Both the position numbers and the translations under genes were made by a program. A DNA stretch of 64,000 nucleotides. Source: Hemiscyllium ocellatum. Taxonomy: Eukaryota. Positions 51,801-64,000 of this stretch are shown here, in pieces. The first letter of the stretch is position 1. Each line of letters starts with the position of its first letter. Under the pieces are notes generated by a model. It did no database searches. It was not told the origin of the DNA and saw nothing but the letters and a program-made list of their open reading frames with translations. Where the stretch lies: NCBI RefSeq assembly GCF_020745735.1, contig NW_026867454.1, positions 1-64,000 of the forward strand, in the 5' to 3' direction.

Positions 51801-54800
51801 GTGAGGATGTTATAAAGCCAGAAAAGGATCACTTCATGTTTTAATTCTCTTTCAAGGCATACTGGGCACTCAAGGGTTAAACACTACACTGTGAACAGAC
51901 TCACTCCAGGATCAATTACAGAATAGACAGAACATCTCAGTAGGATAACTGAATCTTCGAGAAGGAATCCATTGCAGCCACACATGTGGATTCCTCTGCA
52001 GCCTCAAGCAACGGTATTTGTCCTCCCCAGCCAAGACTGATAGCCTTGGCCGCAACCCTGTTCAACTGCCTCCTGCTCCTATTATCTTGCTTCTCTTCGT
52101 ATTAGCATTGGGATGTGAATTCCCCATTGAAAACAGGCAAAACCCTTCAGTTTTAATCTCTTCCCATTGACACATGATCATGAAGAATACGATAATCAGT
52201 TGTTATCGCAGGACATCAACATTCACCGGACCTTGTAAAATTATAATTGCCCATCTTAAACAATGTAACGACAGTCAACCATGTGGATTATAGACCTTTT
52301 GTATCACCACAAGTAGATACACAACTACTTTCAGGGACATGGAGAATCTCACGCTGCACTCCGATAATAAAGCATCTGCTGTTGTACTCAAACTTGTGTC
52401 GTCTGGATTTGTGGAACAAAATATAGATTAACAGCCTCACAATTCTATGTTTGATTTTTCATTTTCAATCAGGAAGTGTCTGCTTCACCTTCCCATATCT
52501 AACAAACCATCAGATTTCATCTCTGCAGCCTCAGCTCCTCTCTGTAACCACAAATAAACACTGAGTGCCGAAGATATTTAGCAGGTGCAGAAGCATCTGC
52601 AGACAGCGAGAACAGAGTTCAAACCCAGGTCTGACAGTGTGTCAGAATAAAGCTCAATCTTGTGGTACTGCCACATTGACAATTGTTAGGGCCAACACCT
52701 CAGTCAAAGTCTCTTCATTGTCCTGTTTTTTATCGAATGGCAGTGGTCTACAGTGCAGAACGAGTCCCTTCAGCCCATTGATTCTGTGCCAGTCAAAAAC
52801 AACCATCAAACTATGGTAACTTCATTTCTCAGCCCTCGGCCCATCACCTTGTATCAGGTAAAAACAATGACTGCAGATGCTGGAAACCAGAGTCTAGATT
52901 AGAGTGGTGCTGGAAAAGCCCAGCAAGTCAGGCAGCATCCAAGGAGCAGGAAAATTGACGTTTCGGGCAAACAGTACAGACTACAGATTCAAAAACACCA
53001 GCAACGGTTCTCCTTCAAGACCCATCACCTTGTATGTCTTGGCATTGCAAGTGCACATCTGAATACTTCTTCAATGATTTGAGAGCTTCTGTCTGTAATG
53101 CCCTTCCGGCAGTGAATTCAGTTTCTCACCACCCTCTGGGTGAAAGCCTTTTTCCTTCATTACACAGACCATGAGTATAGGAGTTAGGACATCATGTTGA
53201 GGTTGTACAGGCCTCTTTTAGAATACTGTGTCCAATTCTGGTCTCCCTGTTATAGGAGGGGTATTGTTAAACTGTTCAGAAAATATTTACAAGGATGTTG
53301 CCAGCACTGGAGGGTTTGAGTTCGATGGAAAGGAGCTTGAAGGTTGAGGGGTGACCTTACAGAGGTGTATAATATAATAAGGAGCATATATAAGGTGAAT
53401 GTCAGATGTCTTTTCCCTCGGGTGATAGACTTCAGGGTTTGTATATGAAGAGGAAGTGATTAGCGAGATATGGAACAAGTACAGGTAAATGGGACTAGGG
53501 TAAATTAGGATATCTGGTCAGCATGGATAAGTTGGGCCGAAGGATCCGTTTCTGTGCTGAAAGTCTCTATTACTCAATGACATGGTTGAGATGGATAAAA
53601 TAATGAGGGGTGTTCATAAGGGAGACAGTGAGGAAATTTTCCCCTTGGACTAGGGAGCTTATTCCCCCCTAGACTTCAGCACTAGGGGACATACTTTTAA
53701 AGTGAGAGGAGAAAGATTTAAAAGGGAAATGAGGGTCAGCTTTTTCTACACAGAGAGTGGTTCGTGAGGAATTAATGGATGCGGGTACAGTTCCAATGTT
53801 TAAAAGGTATTTGGACAAACAGGAAAGTATTGAAGGGATATGGGCCAGGAGCAGGTGGTGGGACTAGTTTTGTTTGGGATTATGGGTAGCATGGACTTTG
53901 GGGGGAACCAAAAGGTCTGTTTCCATGCTGTATGACTTTATCACTGACATTCCCCTTAAGTCTCCTGCCCCTTACCTTAAATATCTGCACTGCCTTCCAG
54001 TCTTCACAACATTTGTCTTAATTGGTTCCTCCATCAAGGGGAATATTTCCTTACTGTCTACCCAATCAACACCGCTCATTATTTTGTACATCTCAGTGAT
54101 GCCATAGAGTCAAACAGATGTACAACACAGAAACAGATCCTTCAACCCAACTCGTCCATGCCAACCTGATATCCAAAATTAACCTCGAGCCATTTACCAG
54201 CACTTGGCCCTCTAATCCCTTCCAGTTCAAATTAACAATCACCCAACACCAGGTTATAATCCAACAGGTTTATTTGGAACGACTAGCTTTCCGAACACTG
54301 CTCCTTCATCAGGTGGTTGTGGAGTTTTCTTCTACCCCTCCCGATGTCTTTTATATGTTACTAGCCTTGTACTGGCCTGCACTTCCTCTTGCATACATGC
54401 ACTGCCTGTTGCATGAAAACGTTGCCCCTTAGGACCCTTGTAAGTCTTTCCCCTCTCACCCTAAACCTATGCCCTCTAGTTCTGGACTCCCCCACCCCAG
54501 GGAAAAGACCTTGTCTATTTACCCTATCCATGCATCCATGACTTTATAAACCTCTAGAAGGTCACTCCTCAACCTTCGACACTCCAGGGAAACCAGTTCC
54601 AGCCTATTCAGCCTTTCCTGTAGTTCAAACCCTCCAACCCTGGCAACATCCTTGTAAATCTTTTCTGAACCCTTTCAAATTTCACAACATCCTTTCTATA
54701 GGAATCAGAGCAGAATTGCACACAATACTCCAAAGGTGGCCTAACCAATGTTCTCATACCGCCACAACATGACCTCCAAACTTCTTTACTCAATGCTCTG

Positions 54801-55366
54801 ACTAATAAGGGAAAGTATATCAAATGCCTTCTTCACTATCCTATCTACCTGTGACTCCCCTCTCAATCTCTCTGGTCTCAGGAAAACGAACCAATCTTTC
54901 CAGTCGCTCTTCATAACTGAAACTCTCCAGCTCAGACAATATCTTTCCAAGTCTTGAGTGCTAACACATCCCTCCTTAAATGGGGATTCCAGAAATGCAG
55001 ACAACAAGCTAGCTGTCCCCTAGCCAATGTTTTCGATAGTTCTAACAGAACTTCCCAGCTCAAACTCGGTGCTCAACAAGGAAAGGCGAGTTTATCACCT
55101 GAGCTGGTGTTTAAGTGACTGGGGGACATGCACAACAAGGTCCCTCTGATCTTCAGTGCTTCCCAGGGCCCTATAATGCATCACGTATTCCCTTACCATG
55201 ATTGCCCTCCTATGATCTAAGCCCATCTTCCTCACTGTTTGCCATCACACTGGTTTTCATATCATCCGTGAACTCACTGATCAATCCTCCAACTTTCAAG
55301 TGAAAGTTATTTCAATAAACCTAGAAACTGCGAGGTCCCAATACTGGCCTCTGCAAGATCCCACTG

Positions 55367-57700
55367 GGAGAAAGTGAGGACTGCAGGTGCTGGAGATCAG
55401 AGCTGAAAATCTGTTGCTGGAAAAGCGCAGTAGGTCAGGCAGTATCCAAGGAGCAGGAGAGTCGACGTTTCGGGCATGAGCCCTTCTTCAGGAATGAGGA
55501 AAGTGTGTCCATCAGGCTAAGATAAAAGATAGGGAGGAGGGACTTGGGGGAGGTGCGTTGGAAATGCGATAGATGGAAGGAGGTCAAGGTGAGGGTGTTA
55601 GGCCAGAGTGGGGTGGGGGCGGAGAGGTCAGGAAGAAGATTGCAGATTAGGAGGCGGTGCTGAGTTCAAGGGATTTGACTGAGACAAGGTGGGGGGAGGG
55701 GAAATGAGGAAACTGGAGAAATCTAAGTTCATCCCTTGTGGTTGGAGTGTTCCTAGGAGGAAGATTAGGCGCTCTTCCTCCAGCCGTCATGTTGCTATGG
55801 TCTGGCGACAGAGGAGTCCAAGGACCTGCATGTCCTTGGTGGAGTGGGAGGGGGAGTTGAAGCGTTGAGCCACGGGGTGGTTGGGTTGTTTGGTCCGGGT
55901 GTTCCAGAGGTGTTCTCTGAAACGTTCCGCAAGTAGGCAGCCTGTCTTCCTAATATAGAGGAGGCCCCATCAGGTGCAGCGGATGCAATAAATGATGTGT
56001 GTGGAGGTGCAGGTGAATTTGTGGTGGATATGGAAGGCTCCCTTGGGCCTTGGAAGGAAGTAAGGGGGGAGGCAATTTTGCATCTCTTGCAGTTGCAGGG
56101 GAAGGTGCCGGGAGTGGAGGTTGGGTTGGTGGGGGGTGTGGACCTGACGAGGGAGTCACGGAGGGAATGGTCTTTTTAGAATGCTGATAGGGGAGGGGAG
56201 GGAAATATATCTCTGGTGGTGGGGTCTGTTTGGAGGTGGTGGAAATGACGACGGATGATACGATGTATATGGAGGTTAGTGGGGTGGTAGGTGAGGACCA
56301 GTGGGGTTCTGTCCTGGTGGCGATTGGAGGGGCGGGGCTCAAGGGCAGAGGAGCGGGAAGTGGAGGAGATGGGGTGGAGGTCATATTCGATCACGTCTGG
56401 GGAGATATTGCAGTCTTTGAAGAAGGAGGCCATCTGGGCTGTACGGTATTGGAACTGGTCCTCCTGGGAACAGATGCGGCGGAGACGAAGGAATTGGGAA
56501 TATGGGATGGCGTTTTTACAGGGGGCAGGGTGGGAGGAGGCGTAGTCTAGGTAGTTGTGGGAGTCGGTCGGTTTATAGTAAATGTCCGCATTGATTCGGT
56601 TGCCTGAGATAGAAAGGGAAAGGTCTAGGAAGGGGAGGGAGGTGTCTGAGATGGTCCAGGTAAATTTGAGGTCGGTTGGTAAAGTGGATGAACTGTTCAA
56701 CCTGCCTCCACGAGGCAGCGCCGATACAGTAATCAATGTAGCGGAGGAAAAGGTGGGAGGTGGTGCCAGTGTAGTTGTGGAAGATGGACTGTTCCACATA
56801 TCCTACGAAGAGGCAGGCTTGGCTGGGGCCCATTCGGGTGCCCATGGCAACTCCTTTGGTTTGGAGAAAGTGGGAGTGTTGGAAAGAGAAGTTGTTCAGG
56901 GTGAGGACCAGTTCAGTCAGTCGAAGGAGGGTGTCAGTGGAAGGGTACTGGTTGGTACGGCGGGAAAGGAAGAAGCGGAGGGCTTTGAGGCCTTCATGAT
57001 GGAAGATGGAGGTGTACAGGGACTGGATGTCCATGGTGAAGATAAGGCGTTGGGGACCGGGGAAGCGAAAATCATAGAGGAGGTGGAGGGCGTGGGTGGT
57101 GTCCCAAACGTAGGTACGGAGTTCTTGGACTAAGGGGGACAGGACCATGTCGAGGTATGCAGAGATGAGTTCTCTGGGGCAGGAGCAGGCTGAGACAATG
57201 GGTCGGCCGGGGCAGTCAGGTTTGTGGATTTTGGGCAGGAGGTAGAAACGGGCGGTGCGGGGTTGTGGGACTCTGAGTTTGGAGACGGTGGATGGGAGAT
57301 CCCCTGAGGTGATGAGGTTATGGATGGTCTGGGAGATGATGGTTTGGTGGTTGGAGATGGGGTCATGGTCAAGGGGGCAGTAGGAGGAGGTGTCCACAAG
57401 CTGGTGTTTAACCTCAGCGGTGTAAAGGTCGGTGCGCCAAACTACTACCGCGCCTCCCTTGTCTGCCGGTTTGATGGTGAGGTTGGGGTTGGAGTGGAGG
57501 GAGTGGAGGGCTGCACGTTCTGAGGGTGAGAGGTTGGAGTGGGTGAGAGGGATGGAGAGGTTGAGGTGGTTAATGTCGCGGCGGCAGTTGGCTATGAAGT
57601 GATTGAGGGCAGGTAAGAGGCCAGCACAGGGTGTCCAGGTGGATGGGGTGTGTTGGAGGCGGGAGAAGGGGTTGTCAGAGGGTGGGCGAGAATCCTGGTT
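55367..57700 (-). mobile_element. Penelope-like retroelement (RT + GIY-YIG, frameshifted), longest copy in the window
   Basis: RT motifs PRTARFYLLPKIHKPDCPGRPIVS, FTMDIQSLYTSI, QTKGVAMGTRMGP, RYIDYCIG, then YYKPTDSHNYLDYASSHP; split over several frames; same tail as the 4867 copy. Confidence 0.9.
55460..55495 (-). ncRNA. Minimal hammerhead ribozyme motif (PLE tail)
   Basis: ATTC-CTGAAGA-AGGGCTCATGCCC-GAAAC-GTC-GACT on the minus strand. Confidence 0.65.
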
Positions 57701-58163
57701 GAAGAAGTAGGCACGGAGGCGAAGTGGCAGAAGAATTGTTCGATGTCTCGCCGCGTGTTGAACTCGTTAATCCGAAAGCGTAGGGGAATGAAGGTGAGGC
57801 CTTGTACAGCTTGGGGAAGGTAGAAAGGGACAGTGGTAGCGTCTTTACCTCTGAGCTAGGAGATTCAGTTTCAAGTCCCACCTGGTCTAGAGGAATACCG
57901 TACCATCACTGAACAGGTTGGTTGAGAAACTATCTCCAAGGTGTTTTCTCCTCTCCTGAAATCCTGAATAGACATTCCAACAACACCTCTGCACCTGAAT
58001 GGCACTGTCTCTTCTCAATCTAATCTTTCTTCCTTCCATCCGAACCTCTTTTAGGAGATTTACAGCATTCACTTTACCCCAGGGAAGTGAGTTTTGCAGC
58101 TTTTAAAAACTTTTACGTTTGTGTCTTCGCTGAAACAGCAGCAGGAATTTATCTTCTTGGATA

Positions 58164-58165
<2 letters not shown>

Positions 58166-58198
<33 letters not shown>
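58166..58198. repeat. (CA)n microsatellite
   Basis: Uninterrupted AC run. Confidence 0.95.
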
Positions 58199-58200
<2 letters not shown>

Positions 58201-58749
58201 AGGACTGAACCCTGATCTCGGATGATGACCTCTGCAGGGAGACAGACATCAACTGTAAATAACCTCTTGGATCTTCCTGTACATCGACAGCATTGGTCTG
58301 TTTGGGTGCCTGCTTTTCTAAACCGTGTCTAAGCAACAAATGATGATAGATTCATAACAGTTTTCCTCCAATCCATGTTTAAGGCATGTGTTTGTGTTAT
58401 TTTTCACTGAGTGTTGATATAATCTTCTAAAATGGGGAGTGGCCTCCATCTCAGATGACCACACCAGCGTGCCTTGGGGACACTGAGGAAATGATTAGGG
58501 AAGTGTATCTGTACCATTCCACCTTCTGCACCCTGTACTGCCAGATAGTGCTCCCTCAGTATCTCAGAAAGCACCTCCTCTGTATGTTTATCCCCAAAGC
58601 ACCTTGACAGAACATTCATGCCCTCAACACCTCAGAAAACAAACCTGTTACCCCCTTGGACCGTGTTCATCCCCAAACCTGTTCTCACTGTGGTGACCCA
58701 CAGCCACCCCCAAGATTGGAGCCCTTATTTGGGTCCCTGGATTGATTAT

Positions 58750-59010
58750 AGAATGTGGAAGCAGGCCATTCGGCCTATCAGGTTCACACTGACCCTCGGC
58801 AGAGCATCCCATCCCCCCCACTCTATCCCTGGATCCCTTCATTTCCACTGGCTAATCCACCGAGCCTGCACAGCCTTGGACAGTGGGAGGGAACTGAAGC
58901 ACCCAGAGGCTGACACGGGGAGAATGTGCAAACTCCACACAGACAGTCGCTCGAGGCTGGAATTGAACCTGGGTGGGGTGAGGCAACAGAGCTAACCACA
59001 GAGCCCCTGT
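58750..59010 (-). mobile_element. HE1-like SINE
   Basis: ACACGGGGAGAATGTGCAAACTCCACACAG core in reverse orientation. Confidence 0.7.
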
Positions 59011-59439
59011 GACAATCCCACTATCTCCTCCCTGTTGATGACCGTTTGATGTGTATACCCGGGGAGTATCTAACTTGTCTAGCGTTTATTTAAGAAAGAT
59101 TAGGGAAAAGGACAATGCCTCCACAAGCTCAAGATGCTTGGTCCCCCTCTAAAAAATATTTGCATTAGTTTCAAACAGAGACTTTATTCACAAAAAAATG
59201 ATGTACAAACGTGGTAACTAAAGTTAGGTTCTGTACAGTCTTTACAACAAGTCTTTATGATGACATAAATACTTCTCTTGGCTGATTAACTGAAATGTTA
59301 GATCTGAGCTGTTCCTTCTTAATTAACATCATAAAGTTACATTGATAAGGATTTTTGTGAAGTGCCGTAAATCTTTATCTGTTCCCCCATGCACCCCGCC
59401 CTCCAAATACAATGCCTTACAAAGGCTTAAACCTGAGCA

Positions 59440-59606
59440 GAAAATGTGTTGCTGGAAAAGTGCAGCAGGTCAGGCAGCATCCAAGGAGCAGGAGAATTGA
59501 CGGAAACATCGATTCTCAAGCTCCTTGGATGCTGCCTGACCTGCTGCGCTTTTCCAGCAACACATTTTCAGCTTGATCTCCAACATCTGCAGTCCTCATT
59601 TTCTCC
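59440..59606. mobile_element. Fold-back PLE-tail element with the centre deleted
   Basis: Inverted arms separated only by TGACGGAAACATC. Confidence 0.7.
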
Positions 59607-60892
59607 TAAAAGCCTTAAACCTGTTTGTCAACTTTCAACAGAAGCAACCTCAGGGCATGAACACAGACTGAGTTGCTCAGTCACACATGATTGATTGGGT
59701 CAGATCAAATTCTCAAGCAAACACCCGCACAGATTGCTGGGGAAATTCAGCAGATCAGACAGCAACGGTGAAGAGAGAGAGGAACAATTCACATTTCAAG
59801 TGATCCTTCCTCAAAACGGTCTGTTCTGAAGGAACTTTTCCGCAGAAATGACTGGATTGAAAGGTGAACTCTCTCTCTCTCTCCCTTCACAGATGCTGCC
59901 GGACATGCTTAGCTTCTTCAGCAATCTCTGCATTGATGGTTCAGGTTTCCAGCGCGTCTGTACAAGTTGATTTTAGTGTCGAATTCCCAAGCTTGCTCTA
60001 TTATAGGGATTGGATTCCTCTGCTACAAAGGGGGGTCTCAGGTACCTCAGCTAACTGGTTCGTGATGCCAACATTGTTGGCTCAATTTCTATCATGTCTG
60101 AAATTACCATCAAGGTCCCAACTTCTCCACCTCGCCCCTCCCCTGAGGTGTGTAACCCACCAGTCCTCTCTCTCTGACAAGAAAGCAGCTCTCGGGTCCT
60201 CCTGGTCTACAATAACTTCCCAACTTTAAAAAGGCACTCCAGTAAGAGAGCTCTTTACATGATTCAGATCAAAATCCTGGAGTTCACTCCCTAACATCAA
60301 CGTGGGACACCAAGGGCTATAGCAGGAGAATACAGCTCACCCCCACCCTCCAGGCAACTGGATGGTGTGGTAATCTCATGCAAGTGAAATTTGCAAGTAA
60401 CCTTTATCACAAGGTCACGGTGGATGGTCACTAAGACTGTTTCTTTACCTCTGTTCAAATCAGCGGAACGGAGAACCAAAGGATGGGGTGAAAATGACAG
60501 TGATAGCATTTCGTAGGTTGGTGTCTGTTTGAGGTTGCATCATCTCTATGAATGTTTGAACACTTATTCAAGGGCATGCAGTTAGCTGCCAGGGGATATG
60601 GTGGGGGCTGGTACAATTGCAACATTTAAAAGGCATCAGGATGAGTATGTGAATAGGAAGGGTTTAGAGGGATATCAGCCAAGTGCTAGCAAATGGAACT
60701 AAATTAAGTTGGATATCTGGTTGGCATGAATAAGTTGGGCCGAAGGGCCTGTTTCCATGCTGTGCATCTCTCTGAATAGACTGTTGCAGAGTTTCAGACA
60801 GGGCTTGGATTGTGTGTCTCTCTCATACTTTCTCAGAATCTGCAAACGCAATGTCTCCATATTTCCACAAAACATTAAGAAAGAGAAAAAAA

Positions 60893-63800
60893 AGGTCAGT
60901 ACTGAGGGAGTGCCACACTGTTGGAGGGTCAGTGATACGTTAGTGTTGCACTATCAGAGGATCTGTACTGAAGAAAAGCTGCACTGTCAGATTGTCAATA
61001 CTGAAGGATTGCTGGACTGTCAGAGGGTCAGTTAGGATGGAGTGCTGCACTGTCAGAGGGTCAGTACTGAGGGAGTGCTGCACTGTCAGAGAATCAGTAT
61101 TGAGGGAGTGCTGCACTGTCTGAGTGTCAGTCCCAAGGAAAGGCCACACTGTCAGAGGTCAGTAACGAGGGAGGACCGCACTGTCAGTGGGTCATTACTG
61201 AGTGAGTGCTGTACTGTCAGAGGGTCAGTACTGAGTGAGTGCTGTACTGTCAGAGGGTCTGTACTGATGGAGTGCCGCACTGTCAGAGGATCAGTCCTGA
61301 GGGTGCGCTACACTGTCAGAGGGTCAGTACAAAACGAGCACTGCACTGTCAGAGGGTCAGTACTGAGGGAGTGCTTCACTGTCAAAGATTCAGCATAGAT
61401 GGAGTGCTGCACTGTCAGAGGGTCAGTACTGAGGGAGTGCTGCACTGTCAGAGGGTCAGTACTGAGGGAAAATTGCACTGTCAGAGGGTCAGTACTGAGG
61501 GAAAGTTGCACTGTCAGAATGTCAGTACCGAGGGAGTGCTGTACTGTCAGGGAGTGAGTGCTTAGGCAGTGCTGCACTGTGAGAGGGTCTGTAATGAGGG
61601 AGTGTTGCACTGGCAGAAGGTCATCATGCAGTGAGCACTCCACTGTCAGAGGGTCATTGCTGAGGGAGTGCCACTCTGTGGAGAGTGAGTACTAAGTTAA
61701 TGTTGCAGTCGGAGGATCAGTAAATAGGCAAACCTGCACTATCAGAGGATCAGTACTGGGGGGCGCAACACTGCCGGACCTTCAGTACTGAGGGAGTGCT
61801 GCACTGTCAACGGGTCAGAGCAAAATGAGCGCTGCACTGTTGCAAGGTCATTACTGTGGGAGCACAACATTATCGGAGCATAAGTACTAAGGGAGCACTA
61901 AATTGTCAGAAGAACAGTATTGAGAGAATTCCACCCTGTCAGAGGTGCTGTAGTGAGGAAGTGCTGCATTATCAGAGGGTCAGTATTGAGGGAGCACTAT
62001 TGAGGGAATGCCACCCTGTCAGAGGTTCTGTAGTGAGGGAGTGCGACACTGTCAAAGGGTCAGTACAGAGGGAGTGCAATACTGTCAAGGGTCAGTGCTG
62101 AGGAGGCGCTGCACTGTCAGAGGGTCAGTACTGAGTGAGTGCTGCACTGTTAGAGGGTCAGTACTGTGGGTCCATTGGAATGTCAGAGGGTGAGAATGGA
62201 TGGAATACCGCACTGTCAGAGTTTCATTACAGTGCAGTGCCACACTGTCAGAGAGTCACTACTGGGGGAGTGCTTCACTGTCAGAGGGGCAGTACCGAGA
62301 GAGTGTCACACTGTTGGAAGGTCAGTACTGAGGGAGTGGCACACTGTCAGGGAGTGAGTAATGAGGGAGTGCCACACTGTTGGTTGGTCAGTACTGTGGG
62401 TGTATCGGAATGTCGGAGGGTCAGAAGGGAGGGAATACCGCACTGTCAGAGTTTCATTACAGTGCAGTGCCAAACTGTTACTACGGGGGGGAGTGCTTCT
62501 CTGACAGAGGGGCAGTACTGAGAGAGTGTCACACTGTCAGAGGGTCAGTACGAATGGAGTGCTGCACTCTCGGAGTGTCAGAAGTGAGGGAACTCCACGC
62601 TGTCAGAGTGTCAGCATAGACAGAGTGCTGCACTGTCAGAGGATCAGTACTGAGTGTGTGCTGCACTGTTAGAAGGTCAGTACTGGGGGAGTGCAGCACT
62701 GTCAGAGGTTCAGTATGTGGGAGTGCAACACAATTAAAGTGTCAGTACTGAGGGAGTGCTGCATTGGCAGAGGGTCAGAACTGACAAAACACCGCACTGT
62801 CAGAGGGTCAGTACTGAGGGCGTTCTGCACTGTCAGAATGTCAGTACTAAGGGAATGCCGCACTGTCGGAAGGTCAGCACCGAGGGAGGTCCACATTGTC
62901 TGAGGGTCTTCACTGAATGAGTACTGCAATGTCAGTGGGTCAGTACTCAGGAAAAGCTGCACTGTCAGAGGTTCTTTAATGGAAGAGTGCTGCACTGTCA
63001 GAGGGTCAATACCAAGGGAGTGCTGCAATGTCAGAGGGTCAGTACTGACGGAGTGCTGCAACATGAGAGGATCAGTACTGAGGAGCACTCCACTGTCAGA
63101 GGGTCTGTACTGAGGGAGCACTATACTGTGAAAGAGTCAGTACCGAGGGAATGCTGCACTGTCAAAGGGTCAGTACCAAGGGAGTGCTGCACTGTCAGAG
63201 GGTCAGTACTGAGGGAGTGCTGCACTGTCAGAGAATCAGTATTGAGGGAGTGCTGCACTGTCTGAGTGTCAGTCCCAAGGAAAGGCCACACTGTCAGAGG
63301 TCAGTAACGAGGGAGGACCGCACTGTCAGTGGGTCATTACTGAGTGAGTGCTGTACTGTCAGAGGGTCTGTACTGATGGAGTGCCGCACTGTCAGAGGAT
63401 CAGTCCTGAGGGTGCGCTACACTGTCAGAGGGTCAGTACAAAACGAGCACTGCACTGTCAGAGGGTCAGTACTGAGGGAGTGCTTCACTGTCAGAGATTC
63501 AGCATAGATGGAGTGCTGCACTGTCAGAGGGTCAGTACTGAGTGTGTGCTGCACTGTCAAAGGGTCAGTGCCAAGGGAGTGCTGCAGTGTCAGAGCGTTA
63601 GTACTGAGGGAGTGCTGCACTGTCAGAGGGTCAGTACTGAGGGAGTGCTGCATTGCCAGAGGGTCAGTGTCAAAGGCACACCGCACTGTCAGAGGTTCAG
63701 TACTGAGGGAGTGCTTCACTGTCAGGGATTCAGCATAGATAGAGTGCTGCACTATCAGAGGGTCAGTACTGAGTGTGTGCTGCACTGTTGAAGGGTCAGT

Positions 63801-64000
63801 ACTGAGGGAGTGCTGCACTGTCAGAGGGTCAGTGCCAAAGACACACCGCATTGTCGGAGGTTCAGAACTGAGGGAGTGCTCACTCTGCGAGAGCAATGAT
63901 GAGGGAGGGCCACATTGTCAGCCGGTCAGTACTGAGGGAGTTCTGCACTGTCAGAGGGTCAGTACTGAGGGAGTTCTGCACTATCAGAGGGTCAGTACTG
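60893..64000. repeat. 33-bp tandem satellite (CACTGTCAGAGGGTCAGTACTGAGGGAGTGCTG), runs off the window end
   Basis: The unit recurs throughout; the HCQRVSTEGVL-type ORFs are its 11-codon translation. Confidence 0.95.

Larger units (their letters stand above)
44480..55330. mobile_element. Dense cluster of degenerate CR1-type LINE fragments in both orientations
   Basis: Recurrent WARVWQMEYNVSK.EV.HFG, LVRPPLEYCVQF, GDFNLHLDW and 3'-tail motifs; all disrupted. Confidence 0.7.

Noticed and set aside
60893-64000. Repetitive Cys/His ORFs (HCQRVSTEGVL) and CACTGTC as RSS heptamers or CRISPR-like repeats
   Set aside because: Translation artefact of a 33-bp satellite; no nonamers, no unique spacers, eukaryotic context.

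Overview
Elasmobranch (shark-type) genomic DNA containing one complete, apparently intact IgM heavy-chain minicluster on the minus strand: TATA/promoter ~30806, leader exon 30670-30718, VH exon 30225-30539, JH 29817-29855, Cmu1-Cmu4 plus secretory tail (19647 down to 12813), TM1 (9919-10046) and TM2 (9771-9779). The key observation is the V-D-J configuration. The VH exon already runs straight into D-like sequence and is followed by a 22-bp-spacer RSS. About 360 bp away, an unusually short J is preceded by a 12-bp-spacer RSS. No free D lies between them. This reads as a germline-prejoined VD--DJ cluster that needs a single RAG join, and an untrimmed join is in frame (CARYYSGYIWGQG). The rest of the window is mostly degenerate CR1/L2-type LINEs, HE1-like tRNA-derived SINEs, Penelope-like elements whose tails carry minimal hammerhead ribozyme motifs (several in fold-back palindromes), local duplications upstream of the V promoter, and a 33-bp satellite at the right end. 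Most short ORFs in the supplied track are antisense or off-frame readings of repeats. Repeat boundaries are by eye and approximate; family names come from recognised motifs, not database searches.
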